This document shows positions 26,127-40,990 of a stretch of 64,000 nucleotides of DNA, piece by piece. The position numbers were made by a program, and so were the translations under genes. The notes under the pieces were generated by a model that made no database searches, was not told the origin of the DNA, and saw only the letters and a list, made by a program, of their open reading frames with translations. This DNA is from the human T2T-CHM13v2.0 reference genome, Homo sapiens: the NCBI RefSeq assembly GCF_009914755.1, contig NC_060930.1; one strand, 5' to 3'. Each line of letters opens with the position of its first letter. Position 1 is the first letter of the stretch.

Positions 26127-27989
26127 GACTATTATCCCAAAAATAACACTTGCGCACTTTGTGCATGGACCAGCCTATGAGTAGAAATATTTCCCAATCT
26201 GAACATAACGCAGCCTCCAGAGAACTGTCTCTCCAGAACATGCATCTCTCCAGACATTACCTCAAAGTTAGTTCTCAAATTGGGGGCAGGTCTAAACTTA
26301 GAGCCAAACCAGGTTTGGAAACATTTTTCTCCCCAGATATATCCAGAGAGATTCCAAGAATTGTCCTAAATAGCAACAAGACCCTTCCAATAGTATGATG
26401 ATTACAGTTATCATAGAGATTAATTCATTTCCATTCACCTGCCTTTTACATCTATGACTATCCTGAAATTTTCAAGGAGACATTTTTTCCCTAAAATTAT
26501 ATATTTCAGTGACTTGATTTTGTTCTTCACCAATGAAAGTCTCACATATCAAACTACTTGCTACACTCATTACAGTGAGTAAGCCACCCCTCATTGTTTT
26601 TACTTTTAGGTTAAAGGACTCTTTGATTGTCAGGCAAGTAGAAAGTACACGTCTCCAACAACAGTAACACCAACAAGGTGCATTACAGTCCTTTAAGCAA
26701 TGGCAAACTCTCTAGTGAGTTTTCGTATATAATGAAAATAATCCAAACATTTTCATTTCCAGACGTTCTTTTCACCTCCAGATCTTAGAAACAACTCTTC
26801 AGAAAGTTACTTTAATCTTTCATGTACTGCCCTTTGGCTTTCCTGAAAGTAAAAATTTGACAATTGCAAGACTCCTCCAAAAAGTGAAACAGAGAAGAGG
26901 GAAAATAAAAGGAGTTAATGTTTTATCTTTAAGGTAACACAAAGATAGAGCTTATGCATCTCTTCATCTGTCCACAAAAAGAAGTAAATAAGAAATGTTT
27001 CAGGTTACTCTGTGGCTCTGAGACTATAAGGACCTAGAAGGCCAGTGTCATAAAACCTATTAAGTATTCTTCCATTACATGACCTTAGGAATGAACGCCA
27101 ATAAAACTTATGAAAATATTAGAGTATAAAATGAAGTGCTTATCCCCTAAGAGTAGAAAGCATCTTGAAGGAAAATAATCAGTTAATAAAGGCAGGCTCC
27201 CATCTTGAATTTTCTAAACTAATCCTGATTATACCATGCTTCCTCAAGTATCCCCATAGCTCATTTCTAAATGTATTTGTTTTAAAACAATTCTCACTTA
27301 GATTATGCAGGCACATGTTGTGGAGGAAGATTTGAATTCCCACTGAAAACAGGTTTTATAAATTGCTTTTTACTGCCCAGGGAGGGTCTGGAAAAACCTG
27401 GCGAAAGTTAATAAACTATTTTCTCAGTTTGTAAAATTTTACATTTTCAACTGTTGAATTATGAAACAGTTGTCAGAACCTCTATTTTCTTACAGCCCTA
27501 GGACCATCCTTGTGCAAATACCTGCAAGAAAAACAATAAAGGGCTAGAGGTAAAGAATACATGTTTCAATTAGTTATGCCGTGTTTGCAGCTCAAATTCC
27601 AACTATGTAGCCAGAGAATAGTATGCTATTTAGAGGTCTAAGCTACAGGTGTGTTAATCCCTACTATTAAAATTCCAAGCCCTTTTTAACTGACAAAAAG
27701 CGACTGTCCTCATTGATTTTAATATCTATCATATGATTTATGACCAGAAACAGTGAGTGTCCATTTCTTGGGAATCAAATAATGGTTAAAACTAAAATTC
27801 CACTGAAGGATTGGGCTATATCCAAGTTTAAGATTTCAAGAGTGTTAATTGAATAACACTCTTGTATTATTAGTAAATGTGGTTCATTTAGTAATCACAT
27901 ACTATGCATCTATATGTAAGTATAATAAAATGTTAAATTTGTCTTTTCCTATTTTCTCGGAGTTTCTACAGAACAATTAGTGAAATATC

Positions 27990-28830
27990 ACTTATGGAGG
28001 ACATGCTAAGATACTGGGAACCAGTTTTGAAACTCTCAGCTGTGACTCACTTTGAGTCTCCCAGTTTCCAAGAGCAGAGGGAGAGTCCACTTTCTATGCC
28101 TAAAGCTAAGGAAGACAGCTTCTGAGAACCACACAAAGAACTGGAGTTTGAGGGCCACGGTCTTGTGACTGTCGCCTGGAAAAGTCTACAGTCAAGAGGA
28201 TGGCTGCAGCCTCTCCTGAAGACAAGAGGAGAGACAGCCAGGGTGGAATGGTAGTGTGCTGCACTTCCATCAACAGCAAGATAATTGTTTCCCATGGACC
28301 AGATATGGGTCCACCTAAAAGCACACCTGGAGAAGCAAGGTATCCCCAGAGTGATTCTAACAGAAAGTCTGGCAGGATGAGCCTCTAGAGAGGACTTTCA
28401 AGCAGTAGAGGCATCACTCAAAACAGAGATCTACAAATGGAATTACTCAGAAAAACACTCCACAGGAGAAAGTCAGTATTTGAATACCTGCCCCTGTTGA
28501 TGCCATTTTAGCAGCCAAGAGAAATGTCAAATCATCCAAGCTACATATATATATATTTTTTGCTTCCTTTACCTGTTTCATCTTTTCTTCACACTCTCCA
28601 ATCCCAGATGAGTTAGAAGCAGTGAATGGAGGAAGAAGGAAAGTATCAGAATGAGTGATGAAAAAGACTAAACTATTTATCCCACTGCAGATCTTGGAAT
28701 CTGAGCTGAGTCAGACCTGAAGGAGAGAAAAGGTTGGATTGCATGAGATTGTGAGACTTTGAGACTAGATTGGACCAGACTTTTCAACTTTTGAAAAATG
28801 AGATATTTCTATTTGTTAAAACCTGAAAGT
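27990..28830 (+). mobile_element. Possible ancient LTR (LTR78-like)
   Basis: GC-richer block with decayed LTR78-like motifs ('ttgaatacctgcc', 'gattggaccagactttt'). Confidence 0.35.
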
Positions 28831-29542
28831 AACTAAGAAACAAAGCCAAAGAAAGAAACTAGGCTAAATGGGGAACAAAGTATCAACTTTGTTAACAGCT
28901 TGATGAAGCCTATTAAATGCCTCAAAGTCATGGTCTAATGAAAGCCAGATAGAGAGAGACCGTAACTTATATTGAAATCCCTAAATGAGCCTCTTTACTT
29001 ACTCCCCACATCTGACGAATGCACAGGCACATCAAGATCAATTCTCAGGGTGAGATCAAACCACTGCAATCTAAGGAAAGTACAACATAAAACATGCACA
29101 CCAGTGCAAGAACAAAAGAAGGAAGACAGACAGCTGGAAAGACCTTGTTTACCCCCAGCATCCAGCACTGTGCGGTATGTGCTATCTGGTTTATGCCTGG
29201 GAAATAGCCCCAATACAAGCTGCCATGTAGAAAAGAAGGAAGCTGAAGATCTTGCAAGAGAAATAAGGGTCTTGGGATGCATAGCAGGGTGTAAAGGAGC
29301 ATTCAAGAGACTGGCTGAGGCTGGAGGGACTGAGAAGGCAGTCCTATGTCAGATCTCAGGAGGTAGGAGTGACACTTCACCACTTTCCCACAGTATAAAA
29401 CATGGCCGTGGGACTATCTGAGTCTGACCAACTTGAGTCTATCCCTTCCTCCTGTAAGGACAAGGACTGGGAAGAAGTAGAAGGTGGGAAAACATTTTCT
29501 CTGGTAAGGGGAAGAATGAGCTCCCACAACATTACTTGATGG

Positions 29543-29820
29543 TTTTTTCTTTTTCTTTTTTTTTTTTTTTTTAAGAGATGGGGTCTTGCTCTGTCACCAA
29601 AGCTGCAATGCAGTGGCACAATCATAGCTGACTGCAGCCTCAAACTCCTGGATTCGAGTGATCCTCTCACTTCAGCCTGCCAAGGAGCTAGGATGTGATA
29701 AGACATCTGGCTTATCTTTTTTTTTTTTTTTTTTTTTTGTAGAGACGAGGTCTTGCTATGTTTCCCAGGCTGGTCTTAAACTCCTGGCCTCAAGCAATCC
29801 TCCCACCTCAGTCTCCCAAG
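29543..29820 (-). mobile_element. AluJ, 5'-truncated by ~35 bp
   Basis: AluJ diagnostics ('ctgcagcctcaaactcctgg', 'gtcttgctatgtt'); TSD acttgatgg(t/c)tttt at 29534 and 29824. Confidence 0.93.
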
Positions 29821-30254
29821 CAAACTTGATGGCTTTTCAGAGAACTACTTATAAGAATAGACATAGCTCTTTCGAGGAAATTATACTTTCACTACATTGT
29901 ATGATTTGTCTGAAGACCTAATCAATAGCTCTACTCCCTACTTCCCTTTTTGCTGTGAATGCCTAACATTAGCTAATGATGCAATGCCATCACCCATTAT
30001 AGCAGCTAAGTTTCTTAAACCTAAACCTCATCATGTCTTCTGACCTACTCTAAGACTTAAGTAGTAAGACAGCTCTTCATAAATCCATATTCCATGAGCA
30101 AAGCTCACAGAATAAACGCATTCCAATTTGTGATGATACCAAACCAAGCTCTATTAACGCCTATGTGAAATGCACAATCTTAATTGTTCTGAACAAAATA
30201 ACAAAATCAAAGTGAAAGGTTTCTAACTTTTTAAATTCTTCACACATCCATGAT

Positions 30255-30470
30255 CATGACAATAACACAACTTTAGTGTTTATCGTAAACCAAGCACTAG
30301 AGCTAAGCATTTTATATACTGTATGTATGCTTTATATACTCATGGGAACCCTAGAATCTATTATTTCCCCATTGTCAGCAGATGAAACAGTTTAACAATT
30401 GTAAGTCACTTATTCTAGGACATACAGCTATAAAGTGATAGGGAAAAGATTCTAACCCAGGTCACTAAGC
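30255..30470 (-). mobile_element. MIR
   Basis: 'ccaagcactagagctaagcatttt...ccccatt...gatgaaac...ttctaacccagg'. Confidence 0.7.
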
Positions 30471-32644
30471 TTGACAAAACACCTCTCACCAGAATAAATG
30501 GCATCCTTGGTTCTGATTCTTAGGCTGCTATTGCTAGTACCTTAAAGAAAACATGTTTAATGATTGTGATATAAAAAGGCATGCATGCCTCAACCAGTTG
30601 TTTTCTTACTTCGCAATTACTCCCTAAACATAAGGGGCCATTTTGAGATATCTTAAATCATGGGGTAAATGAAAACGACAGTACAAATAGGCCCTTATCA
30701 GTCTTTACAGAAATTTTGGTGAACAACATTATTTTTAAGTTTAATAACATTATTTTTAGACATTGCTTTTAGGTTAAAGTGTTGATTTTATGTATTATGC
30801 TGGACATGTGCTTCTGTGTGGTCAATACAGTTTTCTTAAAGTTATTTAATAAAAATGTTACTTAAAGGATTTTAAGAGGTGATACTTTCATGTGTATGTT
30901 CAGATATATATTTTATATATTTATATCAAATGATAACAGAATGCCTTTTGCCTTTTGTTATATATGTGCATATATACTGTATTCCCATCAGGTTTCCAAG
31001 AACAAAAACTTTGTACTTGCCCTGTATGGTGCCTGACTTGGAGAAACCTTAGAGAATGTTAAATAAGGAACTGTTGATTGCTTTATCTCATATCTAAGGA
31101 TTCAGAAGAGAAATTCTGTGACAACAAAAAGTAAACATAGATTAGAAATGACTAAAATGCTTCTGTTGGTACTCCCCCACAGCTAAAGTGCCCAAGGAGT
31201 GTTCTATAAATGTATACACCATAGTAATTGTGCAAACAGGAAACTGCATTTTAGTAGTCATTTGTATTCCAATAAATGAAAGCTGAGGCCTTCTTGCTGC
31301 CAATGCTTTGCTTCAAACAGCTTTAGTAGCATGGAACATGTCCTAGGAGTGTTGCATAAAGAACTAGTGTGCCAGCTCTGGGGAGGGTCAGCAGTACCAG
31401 AGGACTCCAAATTATACTGAGAAGTAGCCCAAGAGTTCACATATCCCTTCCCTACTTCCTTTATTTCCTCTCAAACTTTCAGAGAGGACACTGAAAGTCA
31501 AAACTGCACTGAGCTCCACTGGACACAAACCACCCGAGGATATGTATCAAAATTGACACATGGCCTCAAGAACATAGCCTGAAGCTCAGAGTAGGCTCTG
31601 GGATTAGCCTCAGATAACCTGAAACAATTCCTATCTCTACTCCTAAGCCATGAGCAAGCATAGAACCCCCATGGTGAAATAAAAGAGATTTTCCCTGGGA
31701 CCATATTTCCCATGTCCCCACAATGCATTCTTCCACAGATGCTTCAGTGAAATATCTACAGGATTGGGTGTCCATCTGGTTACTGACTGACCAGAGGAAT
31801 TTCCAACATGCCTTTCCATCCTTATTGGGAAATAAACCACATTTTTTCCCCTTGGATTAATTAAGCACCTGAAGGTAGTTTAGAAAGTAGAACACCTGAC
31901 ACATGTGACTCCAGTGTATTTCCCCAACGCTCTCTCCTTGTGCAAGTCTAGTGAATGGACCAAGCTGATCTGTCATATTTATTCCAATTCGTGGAATAAA
32001 TATGCCACCTGAAGCATCAGCCCATCTCACAGAGCCCCAGAATCTTCCTGCCACTCCCAGACTTTATTTTTATTTCTGGCACATGAGCATGAAGCACACA
32101 ATCACATAGAAAGGCTGAATCTTGGAGAGCTGAGTGAATGTCAACTTATATTTCAAAAGGTGTTTTTCTGTTTCAGAAGACATATCATGTGCTCATTAAA
32201 CATCCACCTACAATCAGCTCTGATGAAGAGTGGACCCTGATCCACCTCTTACAGATTTGCTTGAGAGCTTTAAACCCTTCTAATCTCAGGCTGGTTCACA
32301 TTTGACTGCTGAAGTTTTAGCTGAGTATTCAGCTGCAATCACCACTTTATTTGATTATTTAAATAGAGAAATTCATTTTTTTCTCTTCACGCCTTTAATC
32401 TTTTCCTTATTAACAAAGAAGGCCTTAGGTCAGAAGGTGGGCAGGGATATAAAGCAAATTACTGATCTTTTTGGAGAAAATCTCTGTTCAAACATAAGGC
32501 ATTATTGCATCTGGCTCTTCTAAAACTGAACTTCCTGCCCTTTACAAAACTTTTACCTTCTGTAGGGTTTTACGAATAATTGAAAACACCTATATTTGTG
32601 TTTTCTTAAGTAGTTCCTACATATTCTTTAGTACTGCAAGATAG

Positions 32645-33045
32645 GACAGTAAAGTGGAGACAGATTGCCTGGGCTCATACACCAGCTCTGATAATTCCTG
32701 TGCTTCTTAACCTTCCTGTCCCTCAGTCTGCTCATCCGTAAATTAGTCCATCATGGGCACAAGGTTGGGCTCTATAATCTTAGCTCTTATTTCTTAAAAC
32801 AACCTGCCTAAAACATATTTTAGAAGTTCAAATTAAGTTAAACTGAATTTTTACTTCCTTTGCAGTTATCCATCATCAGGACCTGTCTCCTTCAGCAATA
32901 AACTCCAAGGGTTGCACCTTGAAGAAACCCTTTAATTTTTTGAGTTTTGATTTTCCTGGTCTATAAAATTGAGACAATAGTGATCCTTGCCTCATATAAG
33001 TGTTATCTAGAAAATGAAGCAAAGAATGGAAAACTGTTGTGATTC
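32645..33045 (+). mobile_element. Two MIR fragments (~32645-32745 and ~32935-33045)
   Basis: 'cagattgcctgggctca...cctcagtctgctcatccgtaaa'; 'ctataaaattgagacaatag...cctcata'. Confidence 0.55.
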
Positions 33046-33776
33046 TGAGATCCTCCACCTGGCCCAAGGAAGGAAGGAACAACAAGCTTATTTCACATAA
33101 GAGCAGACGGAGTTGCTCTACTGAAAGCCAGAGTAGTGATGATTAGGTAAACAATGAGTAGCCTGGGATCTCCAAAAGGCAAGCACAGAACTGGATAGGA
33201 TATCAAAATCAAAATAAGTCAGAAAGGAACAAAATACAGAAGTAAAAATAATTCAGGTATTGGAGCAGATAGGATAATTTTTCTATTTTTTTTCCCCCAA
33301 ACCAAGGTCCCCCCCTGCATACAATATCCCCTAATATTTGCAATAATGTTAAACAAATGTGTAGCAAATGAACAGTTGAATGCTCAAAGAGCCAGATTCT
33401 CTAGTGGAGAAAGAAAGGAGATTAAAACATTTGGGCTCACATGGAAGAGAGGGCAAAGGGGAGGGTTTGGCCAGAGTGCAAGATGTCTGGGAGAACTGGC
33501 ACAGTCCTCTTTTGTTCCATTCAAATTCTCATCCACCCCTCCATCTAAGGGAAACACATTCAGAAACCGGCCCACAGGCCTGCCAAAATTGGGCACTAGA
33601 CATAGTAATCAGTCAAGCTGGTCTAATAACTATTAGCATGGAATAGTTGGTTGAATTCTCCCAGAACACAGATGGGCTGGCTGTTGAGAGGCATTGTGCA
33701 GGATTCAAAGGTCAAGTTCAAAGCAGGGAGGTGCTTTTCCCTAGTCAGGAAAGCCCCCACGGAGTTTTTTTCAGTC

Positions 33777-33939
33777 CAGTGTGTCTCAGTCCTTACTGCC
33801 ACCTGAATTACCTATGGATCCTCTCCCTGTTCAGCAGGTCTGGGAGAACCTTCAAGATTCTGTACTTCTAACAAGCTCCCAGATGCTGCCACTTTTGCTG
33901 CTCCAAGACAGAATCACACTTTGTGGAGCGGGGGTCTAG
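33777..33939. mobile_element. MER5A-type hAT-Charlie MITE
   Basis: 'caggtctggg...ttctaacaagctcccagatgctg...cacactttg'. Confidence 0.7.
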
Positions 33940-34085
33940 TCCTCTGCGCAAGTCCCACAGAAACCAAGTATGTTGGCAGGGGCGTGACCTCTGAGAGATT
34001 TCACAAGAGGTAAGAGCTCATGTGTTGGTACATCTCTTTGGTGCTCTCTAGAGGTTGGAAAGGTGTGGACTCTTTTGCCCAGGTT

Positions 34086-34916
34086 TGTTCTCTGGGGAGT
34101 GGATAGATTCTCCTTCTCTCATGAAGGTGTGTGTTGGAAAATAAAATGTTTGGGGCATGCTTCTAACATGCTCTTCCAAGCATGTTAGAGATCCCCTTGT
34201 GAGACTGTCATTCTTTTTATAGATCAGAGGTAAGAGATCAACCCCAGTGGTCAGAACTACCACTGGGCTGGAGCCAAAACACCCAGATGTGACATAATGG
34301 GGTGGGATTGAATTATCTCTAAGAACTTGTCCTGTTCTAAAGTGATATCATTCTAGCTTTTAGTTCTTTTTTTCATCAACATATGGGGAGTTTTTTTTTT
34401 TTGTTACTGTTTGTTTTCATCAGAGCTAATGTGCTATACCCTGAACAAATGGGGGAACATAAAACATGTTCATCCAATAGTGAAAGAGATGATGCTTCTA
34501 ACATGTTCTCTGGGGAGTGGATAGATTATTCTCCTTCTCTCATGAAGGTGTGTGTTGGAAAATAAAATGTTTGGGGCATGCTTCTAACATGCTCTTCCAA
34601 GCATGTTAGAGATCCCCTTGTGAGACTGTCATTCTTTTTATAGATCAGAGGTAAGAGATCAACCCCAGTGGTCAGAACTACCACTGGGCTGGAGCCAAAA
34701 CACCCAGATGTGACATAATGGGGTGGGATTGAATTATCTCTAAGAACTTGTCCTGTTCTAAAGTGATATCATTCTAGCTTTTAGTTCTTTTTTTCATCAA
34801 CATATGGGGAGTTTTTGTTTTTGTTACTGTTTGTTTTCATCAGAGCTAATGTGCTATACCCTGAACAAATGGGGGAACATACAACATGTTCATCCAATAG
34901 TGAAAGAGATGATGCT
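34086..34916. repeat. Recent tandem duplication, 411/413-bp copies
   Basis: 34086-34496 and 34504-34916 are near-identical, with a 7-bp junction insert. Confidence 0.98.
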
Positions 34917-36479
34917 CCTTTTGGAGACATCTGATTATAAAAGTAGTTTAAATAAAACATGCAATTAACAAAGGAGAGAAAACCTGCAAAACCTGCTTTA
35001 AAAACCTCTGCGCGGTCCTACGAATTCATCCATTTTCTGTGACACAGACAAAATTAACTTTTCCTTTTTATGTTGAACATTAGCCTATAATCATTTTGAA
35101 CTAAAAAAGTCTAAATATACTGAATATCCTATGATCATCTCCTTCAAGTCTTTACTCTTGTTTGTTTTCCCAAGAACAACCATCATCTTCTAGCAGATTA
35201 TATAATTTAGATATTTCTTATGAATAGGGCTTATTGCCTATCATCATGCCAAGATGGGCCTCTACCTCATAAGAGCAGAAACCATTTTTTTCACTGAAAA
35301 ACTTAGAATAGTGTTTGGTTTACAGAAAACACTCAAAAAACAACCTAAACCACCTTGAATATTGTAAGTCCAAACCTCTAATTCTATTCTCATGGGAAGA
35401 TAAAATGTAAGGATAAAAACAGAGAAAGAGGAATACATTTGTGCATACTGATTAATCTTTACATTATGCATTGCACTTACTGGATGATTAAAAGCCTTCA
35501 AAGTTTTAGAATAAGCTTTACTAGTTAGTTATACCATCTAATGTGATTTATTTTTAAATTATCTTTCATTGAAAAGATATTTAGAAATCAAAGAGAAGAA
35601 ATAGTAAGAATTGTAGTAAAGCAGTTTAGTGCAACTGATTTAATGACAGCAGAGACAGGTGAGGGTAAATTTTAATTTTCTTCCATTTTAAATACAGATG
35701 ACTGGTTTGTTTTTATTTGTCAATATCTGTCCATCTTTGAAGACAGCAGAAACTTGATAACCTTTCAAATACTGACAAAGCCCAGTATTATCAAGAGCTC
35801 TCACGTATCCACAAAGATGCCATGGTGGAGATAAAAGTGGAAGTGAGTCCTTAGCAATGAAAGATGCTCACATCACATCACCTGCACCAGGAGTAACTGA
35901 GCAGTACCATCATTGCCTCTGCTGGCTTCTTCAATCGATGAAACTTATCTAAGTGCACAGCCTCCTTGTCCCAGGCATGTTTTAATTCTCCACTACAAAG
36001 CCTTTCATTCAATCATCTTCTGTGTACTAGTGCCTTAGGGAAGTTCTCTTTCATGTGGAATACATCAGTTTAGGTAACTGGAGAAATGTTCTTTTTATTG
36101 CTGCATTTATCTCTCAGTAATCCATTTAATAATAACAATTATAATAACATCTTGTATTTAAACAGTGCCCTTAGCACTGTTTTCTCTTCAGTCAGGGACT
36201 ATTTCTTTGGTAGTTTTCCTCTCAATGACTACACATAAAATGTAGAGATGTAAAGAACTGAATCCTTGAATTATAAATACAACTTTACTGTATCATTTAG
36301 TCAAATATGGTGATGCCCAGAACAAATTACTGCAGACTGTTTTGTGATTTATAGTAGATGTGCCAAACTACTCATAAAATCCAGGCTCGATAAAATCTGG
36401 AAGGCCTTTGAGAAGAGATCATCTGCTACAAACACAGGCCAACAAGAGAATGCAGGGCACACATTTTCCTTGTGTCACA

Positions 36480-36660
36480 TGGCACAGAAGAAAGAGCATT
36501 AACTTCAGAGTCAGAAGGACCGACAGTGAAACTGAAATTCTGGTTCTGCCCTTAGCTGTGTGACCTTGAGCAAGTTTCTTAACCTTTCTTCCCCTGAAGA
36601 AAGTTGAAGTGCAGATTAAATTGGATAATATAATACAGAAGGCACTAAATAAAAGTAGTT
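36480..36660 (+). mobile_element. MIR
   Basis: 'ttagctgtgtgaccttgagcaagtttcttaacct'. Confidence 0.75.
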
Positions 36661-36894
36661 GGCATCTCTGCTACTCTTTAAATCTCCAAGATATTAGCTT
36701 TACAGCATCTACGGTATATTTCTATGAAGAAAAATGGCCATTTTAACAGATATATATTATATTTGTAATATTTATTGAGCATTTAATATGTGGTGGGTTA
36801 TTTTTCACAAAGATAGAATATATATTGAGACTATTGTAAATATTATACCTACTTTATAGACAAGGAGATTGAACAAATCTTAACTTTTCAGTGT

Positions 36895-37450
36895 CCTGCC
36901 TAAAAGCCTTCAGAGGTTTCCCATTGCATTTGGAATAAAATTCACTTAAGCCCAGCAAAAGCTACCCCTGCAGTCCTCGGTGACCTCATCTCTTACCACT
37001 GCATTTCTCATCTTCCACTAGCCCCACCCCAGGTTTCCCAAACTCAGAAAGATTGTTCTCTGGCTGTACAGTCCTTGTACTAAGGGCCCCCACCACTCTC
37101 CTCAACCCCCACTTTTGCATGTCTATTTCTTTGTCATTTAGATCTTGGAATAAATTTCTTTTCCGGAGAAGTATTGCTTGACTAGTCAATCAATAGTAGC
37201 CACTGTGTCATCCTGTATGGCATTACTGGATGTTAATTTTGTTCATAGTTCTAATCACTCACTGATTGTTGCTCTTGTTTAGTTATGCATTTGTTTGTTA
37301 TCAACTTGCACACAGAGACACACACAGACACATTGAAGTTAGCCCAAGGATCTTCCCAGGAATCTTGACAGTTTTGTTTACCTCTGCATCCCCACTTTTT
37401 AGAATACTGCCTGGTACATACACACTGGTGCTCATAAATGTAATTGACTG
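36895..37450 (+). mobile_element. L2 3' region
   Basis: 'aaagccttcagaggtttcccattgc...agaatactgcctggtacata...tgctcataaatg'. Confidence 0.65.
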
Positions 37451-39699
37451 ACAAGATGAGAAAATGAGTGAGTGACTTTATCATTTAGGTGTTTAGGAGG
37501 CTTTCTTGTGCCCAGGAAAAATTTAAATGTGAAGTCACGTTCTCTAATTTGGTTGTCTTTAGACACAAAACTCATGCATCAAAAATCTTTTATTTGCTTA
37601 AAACATAGTAACTAGCTCACCTTTTAGACTTTGAACACAAAAGTTGAAAATATTACCTTCCATACACTACCCACTTCATTCTCCTTTCCTGTGACTGAGT
37701 TTGTTGTGACATACTGATTTACTTCTATTGCATCTTTTCTGGTCTCGATTTACACTGAGAGTCTTCTTAAATCCCCAGTGTCACCATGGACAGCACCACC
37801 AATGCTGCCTTCATGGGCCACTCTGTCCCTTTGAGGCTCACACCACGAGGACACCCAGCACTGACAGGGACTGTGATGCCACACCATCCTCTCTGTGCTG
37901 TTCCTAAGCTTCTCGGTCCTAGTGAGCAATGTTCATGCTCTCTGAAATGTTTCTTCCTGAGATGAAAATACCTACTCAACTGGGTTATAATGGAAATTAA
38001 ATGAGGTGATGCATGCAAGGCACCTGTGAACACTCAAAATTCGCACCTAATTTTATACATGTGTCTGGAAAGAGATGAATGTCAAAGGAAAATATCAAAA
38101 ACTACTTAAAGTTGCAACAAAACAAGCATTTCTACAGTAGGCACAGATTTTCCCTGCCTAGAGCGCTTTAATAATTAAACCTTATAGCTATTTGCTTGTA
38201 ACTAAGAGAGGAATTCTATCAGATAGCAATTAATTATTGCTGTAATATAGGGAACAAACCAGAATATGATTTGTATTTTTAAAAGGTACATTTTTAAATA
38301 TTATTTTCAAAACAATCCAGACAACTTGTGAACAGACTGTCTCAAGTAAATCCCCGCACATTATGAGCTCTTCAGAACATAAAGCTGAATGCAGCTAAGC
38401 TGCACAAGCCTTAAAAACAAAGGTAAGGTAGTGAAAAGGCCAAAATTGAAACAATGGTGTGTATGGGAAATGAGACTCTCTTCAACAAAGTGGCACAGTT
38501 ACCCAAATTAGTGGGCTTTTAATTAAAATTTTTAGTTCTCGTTCAACTAAAATTATTGGATATAAGACAGTCTTCAGTGTATAAAATTAATAGCCTCCAA
38601 GAAACAAATAGAAAATAATTCAGAAGCAAGACTCTTTCAGTTTGTTTCTATGTGCTTTCACGAGAGAAATTAAACGTGAGACCACATTTACATTGGAAAC
38701 CACTTTACAAAAGCGTTCATCATAGAGTTCCTCTAAACACAGTGCTCCCTTTGTGTGGTTAATATTAAATTTACAAAAATTAAATTTACACACACTTTTC
38801 AGGAAAATATTGTCTAAAGTTTTAGTGAGCCATAACCTGTGAAAATCACATTTCATTATAGTTCAAATAAGGTAAATTAGGCACACAGATTTCTATTTTA
38901 AAACACACACACACACACTTCATTTGGAGGAATCTTGTTTGTTTTTAAGGAAATCCAAGAGTTCAGAGCTTCATTTAAGCATCATGAGTTTCTCTCAATA
39001 GTTCAAGAATGGCAGTCAAGGTAACTCTTAACTACTTAAGGAGACATACAGGGAGATGAGGGAGAATTAGATGGCAGGGGCGAGAAAAGGAATAAACTTC
39101 TGAATAGTGTTTGTATTCAATGTTTTATGGATAATTTTTATGTTTCTTCGTGGTGAGAGCTTTCTGAACAGAGATTGCTGGCAAGCTGGATTAAAGAATA
39201 ATTGAATAGAAATTTTAAAAATAGAGACCCCTGAGAGACATAAAGTCTTAACTTTCCTTGGAGCTATGCTTTTACCTTCCAGGGTGATGAATAAAGACCT
39301 TTCCCCTCCTCTTTCCAGAGAAGAATTATTTACAATCCAGAGAAAATGGCTCCCTGCATCTTCTGGTGGCAGAATGCATACACATTCCAGCCACCCTATA
39401 TAAGCTCCAAGATTCGTAATTCTGGGGTTCTTCTCCCATGGTGCATGCATAGGGTCACTAGGCCTTCACAGTACCTCCCTGTGGGAAAGTGGGGTCTGGC
39501 GAACTGATAGCAAGATGCTCTATTAGAAATAATTAGTCTATTTTCTGATCCAGAAATCTTGTGTTCCCTATTCAGGATAAATAAAAATACATGTTAAAAA
39601 GCAACAACAAGACAACAATAACAACAGATAAAAATAGAATCTGTGGATAAAGAAAGGGAGTAACATTGGGATCAAGGGGAAGAGACCTCTTAATTAGGC

Positions 39700-39897
39700 C
39701 TGAATTTCTCAACCTTAGCACCATTGACATTTTGTACCAGATAATTCTTTACTCTGAGAGACTGTCCTGTGCATTTACTAGCATCCCTGGTCTCTAGCCA
39801 ACATTAGCAACCCTTCCAGTTTTGAAAACCAAAAATATCTCCAGACGTTGCCAAATGTTTCCTGGGTTGCAAAATGCCCCTACTTTAGAACCGCTGA
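39700..39897. mobile_element. MER20 (hAT-Charlie)
   Basis: 'ttctcaaccttagcaccattgacatttt...ctccagacgttgccaaatg...agaaccgctg'. Confidence 0.9.
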
Positions 39898-39920
39898 TAT
39901 AGACAAATTGTTATCAACTA

Positions 39921-40341
<421 letters not shown>

Positions 40342-40549
40342 TCAGAATTAGTTTGAGCTGTTAAATTTAAGTCACCATCCCTCAAAACCATACTTAAGAG
40401 GATTATTCTGTTTAGAATGGCTAGCTCTCCTAGAATAAATTACGGAATAAATTACGTAATTTACTAAAAAGAGTAGTCGTTCAATTAATTTGACAGGAGT
40501 AGCTCAATTTAAAAACAAAATATTAATATATGAAGTACTTCACCATCTA

Positions 40550-40990
40550 CTGAATTTCAAATTTAGAATGGACCTAATTCCTCATCATTTCTGACAACAT
40601 ATTCCCACAATATCCCTGGTGAATAATAGTCCACTCAGTGCTTGAACATCTCCATTGATGGGAAACTCACTTCTCCAAAAGAGGCTGACTGATTTCTGGG
40701 CAACTGGAATTTTCTTCTTTAAATTGAGAGAAAAATAGTTAACATGTTTCTTCAACACCTACCTTTTTCTGGATTAAATATCTTCCACCATCTTTTGTAG
40801 GGCAAGATTTTGAGTTCTTTCATCTTCCTGACCATTCCCTAAAATGTCTGCAGTTGTTCCAATAGCTTTTATGATCTGGCTTTCAAAATTGAATGCATGC
40901 TCCAAGTATCTGAACATTAGCTGCACTGCAGATACAGAGCGACTATCACTTCCTATTCAAGACTACATTTCTCGTAACGTAGCCTCAGAT
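40550..40990 (-). mobile_element. L3/CR1 relic
   Basis: 'tgcttgaacatctccattgatgggaaactcact', 'gactatcacttcc'. Confidence 0.6.

Noticed and set aside
28972-29421. 149-aa ORF
   Set aside because: Non-ATG start, no recognisable homology or exon structure
32845-32902. Acceptor-like site followed by AATAAA
   Set aside because: Only ~30 nt apart; both motifs are common in AT-rich DNA
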